In this document: piece by piece, positions 26,496-38,394 of the stretch
How the letters are laid out: each line of letters begins with the position of its first letter
Numbering within the stretch: position 1 is the stretch's first letter
NCBI GenBank assembly: GCA_902552805.1
Contig: CACDIC010000003.1
Coordinates: 42,518 to 106,517, forward strand
Length of the DNA: 64,000 nucleotides
Reading direction: 5' to 3'
Source: an uncultured Pelagibacteraceae bacterium
Lineage (GTDB): Bacteria > Pseudomonadota > Alphaproteobacteria > Pelagibacterales > Pelagibacteraceae
The notes under the pieces: model-generated
Told to the model about the DNA's origin: nothing
The model's database searches: none
Seen by the model: only the letters and a program-made list of their open reading frames with translations
Program-made: the position numbers and the translations under genes

Positions 26496-27899
26496 ATGCC
26501 TAATACTCTTTACGACAAAATTTGGAAAGAACACTTAGTTGATCAGCAAGATGATGGAACAGCTTTATTATTTGTTGATAGGCATCTCGTTCATGAAGTG
26601 ACCAGTCCACAAGCATTTGAAGGTTTACGAAATTCTAAAAGAAAAGTAAGACACCCAAAGCTTACATTGGCTGTTGCAGATCACAATGTCCCAACTACTG
26701 ATAGAACCAATGGTATTTCAGATAAAGAATCCAAAATTCAAGTTGATACATTAGAAAAGAATTGTAAGGAATTTGATATCCAACTCTTTGGAATGGAGGA
26801 TAAGCGTCAAGGCATAGTTCATATAATTGGTCCTGAACAAGGATTTACTCAACCTGGAACAGTTATAGTTTGTGGAGATAGTCATACAGCTACACATGGA
26901 GCGTTTGGTGCTTTAGCATTTGGTATAGGTACCTCAGAGGTTGAACACGTACTTGCAACACAAACTTTAGTGCAAAAAAAAGCAAAAAATTTTAGAATTA
27001 ATGTTAATGGAAAACTTCCGTTAGGTGTTACTTCAAAAGATGTAATTTTACAAATAATTGGAAAAATAGGAACAGCAGGTGGAACAGGATGTGTTATTGA
27101 GTATGCTGGTGATTTAATCAGATCATTGAGTGTTGAGCAAAGAATGACTATATGCAACATGACTATAGAGGGTGGAGCAAGAGCAGGTTTGATTGCACCA
27201 GACGAAAAAATTTTTAAGTATTTGGAGGGAAAACCTATGTCACCCAAAGGCGAAAAATGGGATAAAGCTTTAGCGTACTGGAAAAGTTTAAAATCTGATG
27301 ATGGTGCAAATTTTGATAAAGAAATAAGTCTTCAAGCTAATGAAATTTCACCGATGATTACCTGGGGAACTTCACCTCAAGATGTCATTACTATTGAGGA
27401 TAAAGTACCAAACCCAGACAATGAAAAGGATGAGGATAGAAAAAATTCTATTGAAAGAGCTCTAAAATATATGGGTTTAAAACCTGATATGGCTGCTAAA
27501 GATATTAAGATTGATAAGGTTTTTATAGGTAGTTGTACAAATGGAAGAATTGAGGATTTACGAGAAGCAGCAAAGATTTTAAAAGATAAAAAAATTGCCT
27601 CTCATGTTCATGCAATGGTTGTTCCAGGATCTGGTTTAGTGAAAGAACAAGCAGAGCAAGAAGGTTTACATAAAATATTTGAAGAGTCTGGTTTTGAATG
27701 GAGAGAACCAGGATGTTCTATGTGTTTAGCAATGAATGCTGATAAATTAAAACCAGAGCAAAGATGTGCATCTACATCAAACAGAAACTTTGAGGGAAGA
27801 CAAGGTAGAGGTGGAAGAACACACCTTGTGAGCCCAGGAATGGCAGCTGCAGCAGCAATTTCTGGAAATTTGGATGATGTAAGAAAGTATCAAAATTAA
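26496..27899 (+). CDS. leuC: 3-isopropylmalate dehydratase large subunit
   Basis: [47 protein letters not shown]. Confidence 0.98.
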   Translation: MPNTLYDKIWKEHLVDQQDDGTALLFVDRHLVHEVTSPQAFEGLRNSKRKVRHPKLTLAVADHNVPTTDRTNGISDKESKIQVDTLEKNCKEFDIQLFGMEDKRQGIVHIIGPEQGFTQPGTVIVCGDSHTATHGAFGALAFGIGTSEVEHVLATQTLVQKKAKNFRINVNGKLPLGVTSKDVILQIIGKIGTAGGTGCVIEYAGDLIRSLSVEQRMTICNMTIEGGARAGLIAPDEKIFKYLEGKPMSPKGEKWDKALAYWKSLKSDDGANFDKEISLQANEISPMITWGTSPQDVITIEDKVPNPDNEKDEDRKNSIERALKYMGLKPDMAAKDIKIDKVFIGSCTNGRIEDLREAAKILKDKKIASHVHAMVVPGSGLVKEQAEQEGLHKIFEESGFEWREPGCSMCLAMNADKLKPEQRCASTSNRNFEGRQGRGGRTHLVSPGMAAAAAISGNLDDVRKYQN

Positions 27900-28504
27900 T
27901 GCAAAAATTTTCTACATTAAAAAGTATTCCAGCATATTTACCAATAGTAAATATCGATACTGATATGATTATACCAAAGCAGTTTTTAAAAACAATTAAA
28001 AGAACTGGACTTGGAAAAAATTTGTTCTTTGAAATGAGGTATGATGATAATGGAAATAAAATAGGTGATTTTATATTAAATAAAGATCCATTTACAAATT
28101 CAAAAATACTGATAGCAGGAAAAAACTTTGGTTGTGGATCCTCAAGAGAACACGCTCCTTGGGCATTATTAGATTTTGGTATTACATGTGTAATTAGCTC
28201 CAGTTTTGCTGATATTTTTTATAACAATTGTTTTAAAAATGGAATTTTACCAATTATTGTTGATGAGGAAAAAATAAAAGAGTTGTCTGAATATGCTAAT
28301 AGAAAAGAAGAAATTTCAGTAGACCTTAAAGAAGAAAAAATAGTTTATGGTAATAATGAAATTAAATTTAAAATAGACTCCTTTAAAAAGAAATGTCTTC
28401 TCGAAGGTTTAGATGATATTGCGCTATCTTTAAATAAGTCTGATAAGATAAAAAGTTTTGAGCAAAAATTAAAAAGCTCTAAGCCATGGATTATAAGTGA
28501 TTAA
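27899..28504 (+). CDS. leuD: 3-isopropylmalate dehydratase small subunit
   Basis: [28 protein letters not shown]. Confidence 0.98.
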   Translation: MQKFSTLKSIPAYLPIVNIDTDMIIPKQFLKTIKRTGLGKNLFFEMRYDDNGNKIGDFILNKDPFTNSKILIAGKNFGCGSSREHAPWALLDFGITCVISSSFADIFYNNCFKNGILPIIVDEEKIKELSEYANRKEEISVDLKEEKIVYGNNEIKFKIDSFKKKCLLEGLDDIALSLNKSDKIKSFEQKLKSSKPWIISD

Positions 28505-29603
28505 GGTAAAAAAGAGAAAGATACTATTACTTCCCGGAGATGGTATTGGTCCCGAAGTTATTGGTGAAGTAAAAAAAATTATCAGTTGGTTCAATGATAA
28601 AAAGTCTCTAGATTTTGAGATGGATGAAGATTTAGCGGGAGGATGCTCTTACGATAAGCATGGTACACCGATTACAGATGAGGTTTTTTATAAAGCATTA
28701 GAAAGTGCAGTTGTTATGTTAGGCGCTGTAGGAGGACCAAAGTGGGATAATGTTGAGTTTTCCAAAAAACCTGAGAGAGCACTTTTAAAACTAAGAAAAG
28801 AATTAAAACTATTTGCTAATTTGAGACCAGCGATATGTTTTAAACAATTAGTTGATGCCTCAACATTAAAACCTGAAATTGTTTCAGGTTTAGATATTAT
28901 GATTGTAAGAGAGTTAACAGGAGGAATATATTTTGGTGAGCCTAGAGGAATTAAACCAATAGAAAATGGGGAAAGAAAAGGGATTAATACTCACACTTAT
29001 ACAAGCAATGAGATTATAAGAGTCGCTAGAGTTGCCTTTGATTTAGCGAAAAAAAGATCAAACAAAGTAACTTCTTGTGAAAAATCAAATGTTATGGAGG
29101 CAGGCCAACTTTGGAAAGAAGAGGTTCAGACATTACACGATAAAGAATTTAAAGACGTTGAACTAAGTCATATGCTTGCAGACAATTGTGCTATGCAGTT
29201 GTTGAGAAATCCAAAGCAATTTGATGTAATTGTAACAGATAATTTGTTTGGAGATATGTTATCTGACCAAGCCTCAATGTTGACTGGATCACTAGGTCTT
29301 TTACCTTCTGCATCTTTAGGTGCAAAAAATAAAGATGGAGAGATGAGGGCTATGTATGAACCTATTCATGGTTCGGCTCCAGATATAGCTGGTAAAAGTA
29401 TTGCTAATCCAATAGCTACAATTTTAAGTTTTGCTATGGCTTTGAGATATTCATTAGATTTAGATAAAGAGGCAGAAGCTCTGGAAAAAGCTGTACAGGA
29501 TGTATTAAATGATGGTTTAAGAACTAAAGACATTTTATCAAAAGGTACAAAAGAGGTGACTACATCACAAATGGGTGATGCGATCATTTCAAAATTGCAA
29601 TAA
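28497..29603 (+). CDS. leuB: 3-isopropylmalate dehydrogenase
   Basis: [40 protein letters not shown]. Confidence 0.98.
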   Translation: MIKVKKRKILLLPGDGIGPEVIGEVKKIISWFNDKKSLDFEMDEDLAGGCSYDKHGTPITDEVFYKALESAVVMLGAVGGPKWDNVEFSKKPERALLKLRKELKLFANLRPAICFKQLVDASTLKPEIVSGLDIMIVRELTGGIYFGEPRGIKPIENGERKGINTHTYTSNEIIRVARVAFDLAKKRSNKVTSCEKSNVMEAGQLWKEEVQTLHDKEFKDVELSHMLADNCAMQLLRNPKQFDVIVTDNLFGDMLSDQASMLTGSLGLLPSASLGAKNKDGEMRAMYEPIHGSAPDIAGKSIANPIATILSFAMALRYSLDLDKEAEALEKAVQDVLNDGLRTKDILSKGTKEVTTSQMGDAIISKLQ

Positions 29604-29629
29604 TTAATTAATTATTTTAGAATTAAATT

Positions 29630-31393
29630 ATGCCAACTTATACTGCACCCGTTGAAGATATGATGTTTCTTTTTGAAAAACTAAGAAACAACAAAGAGTA
29701 TAATGAATTGGAAAAATATAAAGACGTTACCCCAGATTTAGTAAAAGATATTTTACAAGAAGCAGCAAAAATAAATAAAAATTTAATTTTACCATTAGCT
29801 AAAGTTGGGGATGAAAATCCTGCAATTTTAGAAAATGGAGTTGTAAGAACGCCTCCGGGTTACAAAGAGGCTTATAAAAAATATATTGAGGATGGTTGGA
29901 CATCTTTATCATGTGATCCAAAATATGGGGGTCAAGGTATGCCAAAAACAGTTAGCGCATTTTTTGATGAAATGCTATCGTCTGCTAGCCTTTCTTTTAA
30001 ACTCTATAGTGAACTTAGTATTGGTGCTTACAATTGTATTAATCATCATGCTAGTGATGAAATCAAAAATAAATATTTACCAAAAATTGTAGAAGGTAAG
30101 TGGAGTGGAACAATGTGCTTAACTGAGCCAGTATGTGGTACTGATTTAGGGCTACTAAAAACAAAGGCTAAAAAACAATCTGATGGAACATTCAAATTAA
30201 CTGGACAGAAAATTTTTATTACCTCTGGTGATCACGATTTAACTGAAAATATTATTCATTTGGTTTTAGCAAGAGTGGACGACTCTCCGGCTGGTACTAA
30301 AGGTATCAGTCTGTTTTTAGTTCCAAAGTTTATTGTAAAAGAAGATGGGAATGTTGGTCCAAGAAATGGAATATCAACTGGTTCTATCGAAACAAAAATG
30401 GGAATTAAAGGATCAGCAACTTGTGTTCTTAATTTTGATGAAGCAACTGGCTACATGATTGGTGATAAGGAAAAAGGTTTGAGTGCAATGTTTACGATGA
30501 TGAATCTTGAGAGGATCGTTGTTGGGATACAGGGTTTGGGTATATCAGAGATTGCTTATCAAAATTCACTTTCATACGCAAAAGAGAGAAAGCAAGGTAA
30601 GTCGAATAATTCAAAATCTAAAAATGGTGCTGATTTTATAATTGAGCATGCAGATATTAGAAGATCGTTGTTAAATATGAAATCTATTATTGAGGGCGAG
30701 AGAGCCTTATGTTTTTGGTTATCTCAACAAACTGAGGTAAGCCTATATCATCCAGATGAAAAAGCTCGGCAGGAGGCATCTGATTATGTCTCATTAATGA
30801 CTCCAGTAGTTAAATCCTTGTTTACAGATTTAGCAATGGAAATCACTAGTGATGCAATACAGATTTATGGTGGATATGGTTATACTAAAGATCAAGGAAT
30901 AGAACAGTTATATCGAGATAATAGAATCACACCAATTTACGAGGGTACGAATTCTGTACAAGCTGCTGATTTAGTTTTTAGAAAATTATCAAATAAGAAC
31001 GGGAATGTAATTAATAAATTTTTAGATCAGGTTAAAAATGAATGTAATTCTAACAACGAAAAAATAAGACCATTCATCTCAGATTTTAATAATTATTTAG
31101 ATGTATTAAAAAAATTCAGTGATTGGATGATTGAGAAATCTAAAACAGATAAAGATGATGTAAGTGCTGCTGCTAATGATTATCTTAAAACTCTCGGATT
31201 TGTTTCGATTGCTTATGCATGGATAAAAGTACTAGAGGTAAGTTTTAAAGATTATAATGAAAATAAAAATTTTTATGATGACAAAATCGATACCGCTAGG
31301 TTTTATTTTGATAAAGTTCTACCAAGAGCTGAACAACATTACAAATCAGCAATTTCTGGAAGCTCCAATATTATGAATTTTAAATTCAATTAA
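29630..31393 (+). CDS. dmdC: 3-methylmercaptopropionyl-CoA dehydrogenase (acyl-CoA dehydrogenase)
   Basis: GTMCLTEP, GQKIFITSG, KMGIKGSATC, IYEGTN; ~590-aa DmdC-type length; operon with dmdA. Confidence 0.85.
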   Translation: MPTYTAPVEDMMFLFEKLRNNKEYNELEKYKDVTPDLVKDILQEAAKINKNLILPLAKVGDENPAILENGVVRTPPGYKEAYKKYIEDGWTSLSCDPKYGGQGMPKTVSAFFDEMLSSASLSFKLYSELSIGAYNCINHHASDEIKNKYLPKIVEGKWSGTMCLTEPVCGTDLGLLKTKAKKQSDGTFKLTGQKIFITSGDHDLTENIIHLVLARVDDSPAGTKGISLFLVPKFIVKEDGNVGPRNGISTGSIETKMGIKGSATCVLNFDEATGYMIGDKEKGLSAMFTMMNLERIVVGIQGLGISEIAYQNSLSYAKERKQGKSNNSKSKNGADFIIEHADIRRSLLNMKSIIEGERALCFWLSQQTEVSLYHPDEKARQEASDYVSLMTPVVKSLFTDLAMEITSDAIQIYGGYGYTKDQGIEQLYRDNRITPIYEGTNSVQAADLVFRKLSNKNGNVINKFLDQVKNECNSNNEKIRPFISDFNNYLDVLKKFSDWMIEKSKTDKDDVSAAANDYLKTLGFVSIAYAWIKVLEVSFKDYNENKNFYDDKIDTARFYFDKVLPRAEQHYKSAISGSSNIMNFKFN

Positions 31394-33010
31394 ATGAGTC
31401 ATTACGATACTAATTTAGATAAGAATAGTGCAAATTATGTTCCTTTAACTCCTTTGACTTTTTTGAAGAGAGCAAAAGAGATTTATCCTGATTATGAAGC
31501 AATTATCTATGAAGATCGTAAATACACCTGGGCAGATGTTTACAAGCGTACTATTAAATTTGCAAGCGCCCTTAATAAAATTGGAATTAAAAAAGGAGAT
31601 ACTGTCTCGTTTTTAGCTTTCAACACACCTGAAATTTTTGAGGGACATTACTCTGTTCCTATGTCTGGTGCAGTATTAAATACAATTAACATAAGATTAG
31701 ATGCTAAAACTATTGCTTATATTTTAGAACATAGTGATGCTAAAGTTCTTGTTGTTGATAGACAATTACACATAGAAGTTAAAAAAGCGTTAAGCACTTT
31801 AAAAAAGAAAATCACAATTATTGATATAGTTGATAAATTTGCAGACCAATCAAAGTGTGAAAAAATTGGTGATCTAGAATACGAAAGTTTTTTAAATACC
31901 GGTGATGAAAATTTTGATTGGAAAATGCCAGATGACGAGTGGCAAGCAATATCATTGAGCTATACATCTGGAACTACTGGAAACCCTAAAGGCGTTGTTT
32001 ACCATCATCGGGGATCATATTTAATGTCCACGGGTAGTGCAGTTGCCTGGAACATGCCAAACAGACTTAATTTTTTAACTATCGTCCCAATGTTCCATTG
32101 TAATGGATGGGGTTATCCTTGGACTATACCCATGTTAAATGGAAGAACAATTTGTCTAAGAAATATAGATGTAAAAAAAATATTTGAATTAATAGACAAA
32201 CATAATGTTACTCACTTTGGTGGAGCGCCTATTGTACTAAATATGATAACTGGTGCACCAGAGTCTGATAAAAAAAAATTAAAGCAAAAAGTATACGTCC
32301 TTACTGCAGGAGCCCCACCGCCAAGTATAATTTTCAAAAAAATGAAAGAACTTGGTTTTGAAGTTATGCATGTTTATGGATTAACTGAAACTTATGGACA
32401 TGTAACTCAATGTGCATGGAATGATGCTTGGAATGACTTCAATGAGGAAAAGCAGAACGAAATCAAAGCAAGACAAGGAGTTAGATATCCAAATACAGAG
32501 GGGATTGCTGTGATGGATCCAGAAACAATGACTGAAGTTCCAAAAGATGGAAAGACGATTGGTGAAATAATGATTAAAGGAAATGTAGTCATGAAGGGTT
32601 ATTTTAAGGATAAGGATGCTACAAATAAAGCAATGGCTGGTGGTTGGTTTCATTCTGGTGACTTAGCTGTCATGCATCCAGATGGATATGTAAAAATCCA
32701 GGATAGGTCTAAAGATATAATAATTTCTGGAGGTGAAAACATATCCTCTATAGAAATAGAAAATACTCTTGCAAAACATCCTTCAGTATCTATTGCAGCC
32801 GTTGTAGCTAAACCAGATGAAAAATGGGGAGAGGTACCTTGTGCATTTATTGAGATGGTAAAGGATAAACCAACAACCGAGAAAGAATTAATTGGTTTTT
32901 GTAAAGAAACCCTCGCAGGTTTCAAAGTGCCAAAACAAGTTGTTTTTTGTGAACTACCTAAAACATCGACAGGAAAAATTCAAAAATTTGAATTGAGAAA
33001 AAAATTTTAG
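31394..33010 (+). CDS. dmdB: 3-methylmercaptopropionyl-CoA ligase (acyl-CoA synthetase)
   Basis: ANYVPLTPLTFL, YTSGTTGNPKG, VYGLTE, GDLA..DRSKD, PKTSTGK; operon with dmdA. Confidence 0.85.
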   Translation: MSHYDTNLDKNSANYVPLTPLTFLKRAKEIYPDYEAIIYEDRKYTWADVYKRTIKFASALNKIGIKKGDTVSFLAFNTPEIFEGHYSVPMSGAVLNTINIRLDAKTIAYILEHSDAKVLVVDRQLHIEVKKALSTLKKKITIIDIVDKFADQSKCEKIGDLEYESFLNTGDENFDWKMPDDEWQAISLSYTSGTTGNPKGVVYHHRGSYLMSTGSAVAWNMPNRLNFLTIVPMFHCNGWGYPWTIPMLNGRTICLRNIDVKKIFELIDKHNVTHFGGAPIVLNMITGAPESDKKKLKQKVYVLTAGAPPPSIIFKKMKELGFEVMHVYGLTETYGHVTQCAWNDAWNDFNEEKQNEIKARQGVRYPNTEGIAVMDPETMTEVPKDGKTIGEIMIKGNVVMKGYFKDKDATNKAMAGGWFHSGDLAVMHPDGYVKIQDRSKDIIISGGENISSIEIENTLAKHPSVSIAAVVAKPDEKWGEVPCAFIEMVKDKPTTEKELIGFCKETLAGFKVPKQVVFCELPKTSTGKIQKFELRKKF

Positions 33011-33018
33011 GTAATTGA

Positions 33019-33795
33019 TTGATATTTGAAATAGAAAATAAAACTATTCATGCATCTGATGCAGGTCAAGGCATAGATCCAAAAAAGCAAACAATAGTAT
33101 TTCTTCATGGAAGTGGCCTTTCACACATAGTTTGGTCATTAACTGAACAATTTTTTTCGAATAAGAATTTCAATGTATTGTCTATCGATCTTCCTGGTCA
33201 TGGAAATTCAGATGGACCATGTTTAGATACCATAGAAAAAATTGCTGATTGGCTAGAAAGTGTATTTAAAAAATTGCAATTAAAAAATTTGATTTTAGTT
33301 GGTCATTCTCAAGGATGTTTAGAAATACTTGAATATGCTTTTAAATATAAAAGCAGGTTAAATAAAATAGTTTTCGTTGGCGGCTCAAATAAAATGCCAG
33401 TTCATCCTGATTTAATAGAACTTGCAAATAATGGTGACTCTGATGCTGTAAAATTAATGATGAAATGGGGTTATGAAGGCTCAAAAAAATTTATTGGTGG
33501 TAATCCAGTAGAAAAAATAATTCAGTCCCCAAGAGATATTAGTGAAATTTTAGCAGTTGATTTAAATGCGTGTAATAACTACTCAAATGGGTTAGAGGCA
33601 ACAAAAGTTTTAGATCTTCCCACATTACTTATTTTCGGAGAGTTAGATAAAATGATCAATTTAGATGCAGGGAAAAAATTTTCAAATTTAGTAAAAAACT
33701 CATCTACTCATGTAATTAAAGGTTGTGGTCATATGATAATGATTGAAAAAGCATTTGAAATGAGAGAAAAGATTTTAGAATTTTTAATTAAATGA
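33019..33795 (+). CDS. Alpha/beta fold serine hydrolase within the dmd operon
   Basis: HGSG, DLPGHG, GHSQG nucleophile, GELDKM (Asp), CGHM (His); ATGA overlap with dmdA. Confidence 0.88.
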   Translation: MIFEIENKTIHASDAGQGIDPKKQTIVFLHGSGLSHIVWSLTEQFFSNKNFNVLSIDLPGHGNSDGPCLDTIEKIADWLESVFKKLQLKNLILVGHSQGCLEILEYAFKYKSRLNKIVFVGGSNKMPVHPDLIELANNGDSDAVKLMMKWGYEGSKKFIGGNPVEKIIQSPRDISEILAVDLNACNNYSNGLEATKVLDLPTLLIFGELDKMINLDAGKKFSNLVKNSSTHVIKGCGHMIMIEKAFEMREKILEFLIK

Positions 33796-34901
33796 AAAGT
33801 TATCCGATAGCAAAATCAAGAAGAGTTAGAAGTACACCCTATACTTCTAGAATAGAAAAACAAGGTGTTACTGCTTATACTGTTTATAATCATATGCTTT
33901 TACCAGCAGCTTTCGGTTCCTTGGAAGAGTCTTGTGATCATTTAAAAAAGAATGTTCAAATTTGGGATGTAGCTGCAGAAAGACAGGTTGAAATTTCAGG
34001 CAAAGATGCTGCAAAACTTGTACAACTCATGACTTGTAGAGATTTATCGAAATCAAAAGTAGGAAGATGTTATTATTGTCCTTTAATCGATGAAAATGGA
34101 AATTTGGTAAATGATCCTATTATTTTAAAATTAGCTGAAGATAGATGGTGGATATCAATTGCTGACTCTGATGTAATTTTTTTTGCAAAAGGTCTTGCTT
34201 CAGGAAATAAATTTGATGTTAAAATTTTTGAACCAATCGTAGATATCTTAGCAGTTCAAGGTCCTAAATCTTTTGATTTAATGGAAAAAGTTTTTGGTGA
34301 AAAAATAAAAGAGTTAAAATTTTTTGGATTTGATTATTTCACTTTTAATGGGGCAAAACATTTAATAGCTAGATCTGGTTGGTCAAAACAAGGTGGTTTT
34401 GAAATTTATGTTGAAAACACTGACTCAGGTTTGAAGTTATACGATCATCTTTTTGAAATTGGTAAAGAATTCAATGTTAGACCTGGATGTCCAAATTTAA
34501 TCGAAAGGATTGAGAGTGGTTTACTTTCTTATGGGAATGATTTTGATAATAATGACAATCCATTTCAATGTGGTTTTGATAAATATATCGATTTAGAGAC
34601 CGATATAAACTTTTTAGGTAAAGATAAACTTAAAAAAATTAAAGAAAAAGGAATTGATAGAAAGCTAATGGGTGTTCAGATAGATTTAACCAAGATTCTT
34701 TTAACTAGTTCTTTAAACATCAAGAATAATGATGGAAATATAATTGGAGAACTAAGATCCGCTTGTTACTCGCCTCATTTTAAAAAAGTTATTGGTATTG
34801 CAATGATAAAAGAACCATATTGCAAAGCATCTTCGTCCGGAACAATAGAAATTGATGGAAATTCTTTAGCTCTTAAAGTTTGCGATTTACCTTTCATCTA
34901 G
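33792..34901 (+). CDS. dmdA: Dimethylsulfoniopropionate demethylase (GcvT family)
   Basis: [66 protein letters not shown], characteristic of SAR11 DmdA. Confidence 0.95.
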   Translation: MKSYPIAKSRRVRSTPYTSRIEKQGVTAYTVYNHMLLPAAFGSLEESCDHLKKNVQIWDVAAERQVEISGKDAAKLVQLMTCRDLSKSKVGRCYYCPLIDENGNLVNDPIILKLAEDRWWISIADSDVIFFAKGLASGNKFDVKIFEPIVDILAVQGPKSFDLMEKVFGEKIKELKFFGFDYFTFNGAKHLIARSGWSKQGGFEIYVENTDSGLKLYDHLFEIGKEFNVRPGCPNLIERIESGLLSYGNDFDNNDNPFQCGFDKYIDLETDINFLGKDKLKKIKEKGIDRKLMGVQIDLTKILLTSSLNIKNNDGNIIGELRSACYSPHFKKVIGIAMIKEPYCKASSSGTIEIDGNSLALKVCDLPFI

Positions 34902-34916
34902 TATAAAACTTAGATC

Positions 34917-35924
34917 ATGAATATTGCAATTGTAGGAGCAACAGGAAATGTTGGTAGAAAAACATTGGAAATTTTGGAGAGAAAAGAATTTTCTATAGAT
35001 AATTTATATTTAGTTGCGTCCTCAAAAAGTGTTGGAAAAAAAATTGGTTTTAGAGGTAAGGAAATGGATGTCCTTGATTTAGAAAATTTTGATTTCTCAA
35101 AAGTTAATATTGCTTTTTTTGCAGCTGGTGGAAAAATTTCTGAAAAATTTGCTGAAAGAGCAGCCAAAAATTGCTTGGTAATTGATAACTCTAGTTTTTT
35201 TAGAATGGATCCAGACGTACCTTTGATAGTTCCACAAGTAAATTCAGATGATCTAAAAAAAATTAAAAAAAATATTGTTGCAAATCCGAATTGTTCAACA
35301 GCTCAATTAGTGATTGCTCTTAAACCTTTACACGATCTATTTATTATCAAAAGAATTGTCGTGTCTACTTATCAATCAGTTTCTGGAGGTGGAAAAGCTC
35401 CCATGGATGAACTTATTGAGCAAACTAAACTAGTTTTAGATGGTAGAAAAGTATCATCTAAAAATTTTACAAAACAAATAGCTTTTAATGCCATCCCTCA
35501 TATCGATCAATTTGCAGATGATGGTTATACTAAGGAAGAGTTAAAAATGGTGAACGAAACTAAAAAAATTTTAGATACTAAAATTGATTTAACAGCAACA
35601 TGTGTAAGATTACCAATCTCTGTTTCTCATTCTGAGTCAGTCAACTTACAATTTGAAAAATCTTTTACTCTGGAAAAGGTAAGAGATGCTTTGAATAATT
35701 TTGAAGGTTGTAAAGTTATTGATGAAAGAAATGATGGCGGTTATTCAACTCCAATTGAAGCAGAGGGAATGGATGAAACTTTTATTTCAAGAATAAGAGA
35801 AGATAAAACAATTAAAAATGGATTAAACATATGGATCGTTTCAGATAATCTTTTGAGAGGCGCGGCTTTGAATGCAGTAGAAATTGCAGAAACAGTAATT
35901 AAAAATAATTACCATGGAAAATAA
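34917..35924 (+). CDS. asd: Aspartate-semialdehyde dehydrogenase
   Basis: GATGNVG, IDNSS, ANPNCST, TYQSVSG, DNLLRGAA. Confidence 0.97.
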   Translation: MNIAIVGATGNVGRKTLEILERKEFSIDNLYLVASSKSVGKKIGFRGKEMDVLDLENFDFSKVNIAFFAAGGKISEKFAERAAKNCLVIDNSSFFRMDPDVPLIVPQVNSDDLKKIKKNIVANPNCSTAQLVIALKPLHDLFIIKRIVVSTYQSVSGGGKAPMDELIEQTKLVLDGRKVSSKNFTKQIAFNAIPHIDQFADDGYTKEELKMVNETKKILDTKIDLTATCVRLPISVSHSESVNLQFEKSFTLEKVRDALNNFEGCKVIDERNDGGYSTPIEAEGMDETFISRIREDKTIKNGLNIWIVSDNLLRGAALNAVEIAETVIKNNYHGK

Positions 35925-36297
35925 AAAACCATTATCCCCTCACATACAAGTTTATAAATGGCATATTTCGTCTTTAGTATCCATTTCACACAGAATTACG
36001 GGCATAATAAATATAATTGGAATTACGTTAATTTGTTTGTGGGCATCTTTATTATTATTAGGTGAAAATAGTTATGAGGCTGTTAATTTACTATTAAATT
36101 CTCAAATTGGAAAATTTATTACTTTAGGTTTGACCTGGTCTTTTTGTTTTCAAATTTTAAGTGAGATAAGACATTTGATAATGGATTTAGGTTATGGATT
36201 TGAACTTAAGACAACTAAAATAACTGGTCTTTTAGTAATTATAGGGTCAATCTTTTTAACTATAATTTTATATTTGATTGGAAAAAATTTATTTTAA
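35914..36297 (+). CDS. sdhC: Succinate dehydrogenase cytochrome b556 subunit
   Basis: PLSPHIQVY, SISHRITG, IRHLIMDLG. Confidence 0.93.
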   Translation: MENKKPLSPHIQVYKWHISSLVSISHRITGIINIIGITLICLWASLLLLGENSYEAVNLLLNSQIGKFITLGLTWSFCFQILSEIRHLIMDLGYGFELKTTKITGLLVIIGSIFLTIILYLIGKNLF

Positions 36298-36298
36298 A

Positions 36299-36622
36299 AT
36301 GATTGCTGCAACAAAAAAATGGATTTTTTTAAAAATAAGTGGAGCAATATTAGTTCCATTAATGGCCTGGTTTATTCTAAGTTTTATTAGTATTTATGAT
36401 CAGAGCTATTCAGAAGTATTGGAATTTTTTACGAATCCATTATCTAAGTTTTTATTTAGTTTATTTATTATTACTGCATATTTCTTTTCAGCATTAAGTA
36501 TTAGTGAGGTTTTTGAGGATTATATAAAAGATTATAAAATCAAAAATGTCGCAAATGGTTTTTTGTACGTATCAGCTGTGGTAATTCCATTAATTACAAT
36601 TATATTATTGATTAATTTATGA
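36299..36622 (+). CDS. sdhD: Succinate dehydrogenase membrane anchor subunit
   Basis: 3 TM helices, EVFEDY; position between sdhC and sdhA; start reassigned to ATG 36299. Confidence 0.85.
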   Translation: MIAATKKWIFLKISGAILVPLMAWFILSFISIYDQSYSEVLEFFTNPLSKFLFSLFIITAYFFSALSISEVFEDYIKDYKIKNVANGFLYVSAVVIPLITIILLINL

Positions 36623-38394
36623 GTTCTTACAAAATAATCGATCATGAGTACGATGTGGTAGTCTTGGGAGCAGGTGGTTCTGGTCTAAGGGCTGCAGTTG
36701 GTTTAAGTGAGGCTGGATTAAAAACAGCTTGTATTTCAAAAGTCTTTCCAACTAGAAGTCACACCTCTGCAGCGCAAGGTGGTATTTCCGCTGCTTTAGG
36801 AAATATGGGTGAGGATGATTGGCGTTGGCATATGTACGACACTGTTAAAGGAGCTGATTGGTTAGGTGATCAGGATAGTATTGAATATCTCTGTAAGGAG
36901 GCACCAAAGGCTGTAATAGAGCTAGAAAAATATGGTGTTCCATTTAGCAGAACTGAAGATGGAAAAATTTATCAAAGACCATTTGGCGGTATGACCAAAA
37001 ATTACGGCAATGGAATTGTACAAAGAACTTGTGCAGCCGCTGATAGAACAGGTCATGCAATTTTACATACTTTGTATGGACAAGCTTTAAAACATAATAC
37101 AGAATTTTTTATTGAGTATTTTGCATTAGATTTATTAATGAAAGATGGAGCGTGCAAAGGTCTAATTGCTTGGAATTTAAATGATGGAACTATTCATAGA
37201 TTTAGAGCTCACACTGTTATAATTGCAACAGGTGGTTATGGAAAAGTATATTATTCTGCAACATCAGCCCATACTTGTACTGGTGATGGTAATGCGATGG
37301 TATTAAGAGCAGGTTTACCTTTGCAAGATATGGAATTTGTGCAGTTCCATCCTACTGGAATTTATGGTCATGGCACTTTGATCACAGAGGGCGCAAGAGG
37401 TGAAGGAGGATATCTTACAAATTCTAAGGGTGAAAGATTTATGGAAAGATATGCCCCTAAAGCAAAAGATTTAGCATCAAGAGATGTTGTGAGTAGATCG
37501 ATGTCAATTGAGATTAATGAAGGAAGAGGTGTTGGAAAAGATCAAGATCATGTGCATCTTAATTTAAGTCACTTAGATAAGGATATTATCGAAAGTAGGT
37601 TACCTGGTATAACTGATGCTGCGAGATTATTTGCTAATGTAGATGTTACTAAAGAACCAATTCCGGTTGTTCCAACTGTTCATTATAATATGGGTGGTAT
37701 TCCAACAAATTATAAAGCAGAAGTATTAACTGTTAATGGTTCAGAAAAAACTGTTCCAGGTTTAATGGCAATAGGTGAAGCAGCGTGTGTCTCAGTTCAT
37801 GGTGCAAACAGACTTGGTTCAAACTCATTAATTGATTTAGTTGTTTTTGGTAGAGCAGCTGCTAAACGTGCAGCAGAGCTAGTAAAACCAGGAACCCCCC
37901 ACGAGGAAATCAGTGAAACAGAAACCCAAAAATGCTTAGATCGTTTTGATAAAATAAGAAATTCACAGGGTGATATTGGAACAGCTGAACTAAGGTTATC
38001 AATGCAGAAAACTATGCAGTCTAAGTGTGCTGTTTTTAGAACTGAAAAAACTCTTAAAGAAGGTGTTAACGAAATAAGAAAAACTTATGATGGGCTAGAC
38101 TCTTTATCAGTTAAAGATAAATCTCTAATTTTTAATACTGATTTAGTTGAAACTTTAGAATTTGATAATCTAATAAGACAAGCTGTAGTAACAGTTGATT
38201 CAGCATATAACAGAAAAGAAAGTCGAGGTGCACACGCGAGAGAAGACTTTCCAAAAAGAGATGATAATAAATTTATGCAACACACTCTTGCCTGGTGTGA
38301 TGGAAAAGATACAAAAATTAGTTATAGAGAAGTTCACAAATCAACATTAACTAATGAAGTGCAATATTTTCCACCTCAGGAAAGAGTTTATTAA
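36619..38394 (+). CDS. sdhA: Succinate dehydrogenase flavoprotein
   Basis: [39 protein letters not shown]. Confidence 0.98.
   Translation: MSSYKIIDHEYDVVVLGAGGSGLRAAVGLSEAGLKTACISKVFPTRSHTSAAQGGISAALGNMGEDDWRWHMYDTVKGADWLGDQDSIEYLCKEAPKAVIELEKYGVPFSRTEDGKIYQRPFGGMTKNYGNGIVQRTCAAADRTGHAILHTLYGQALKHNTEFFIEYFALDLLMKDGACKGLIAWNLNDGTIHRFRAHTVIIATGGYGKVYYSATSAHTCTGDGNAMVLRAGLPLQDMEFVQFHPTGIYGHGTLITEGARGEGGYLTNSKGERFMERYAPKAKDLASRDVVSRSMSIEINEGRGVGKDQDHVHLNLSHLDKDIIESRLPGITDAARLFANVDVTKEPIPVVPTVHYNMGGIPTNYKAEVLTVNGSEKTVPGLMAIGEAACVSVHGANRLGSNSLIDLVVFGRAAAKRAAELVKPGTPHEEISETETQKCLDRFDKIRNSQGDIGTAELRLSMQKTMQSKCAVFRTEKTLKEGVNEIRKTYDGLDSLSVKDKSLIFNTDLVETLEFDNLIRQAVVTVDSAYNRKESRGAHAREDFPKRDDNKFMQHTLAWCDGKDTKISYREVHKSTLTNEVQYFPPQERVY

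Noticed and set aside
33792-34901. Glycine cleavage T protein (gcvT)
   Set aside because: DmdA-specific motifs and dmdB/dmdC context; no gcvH/gcvP nearby
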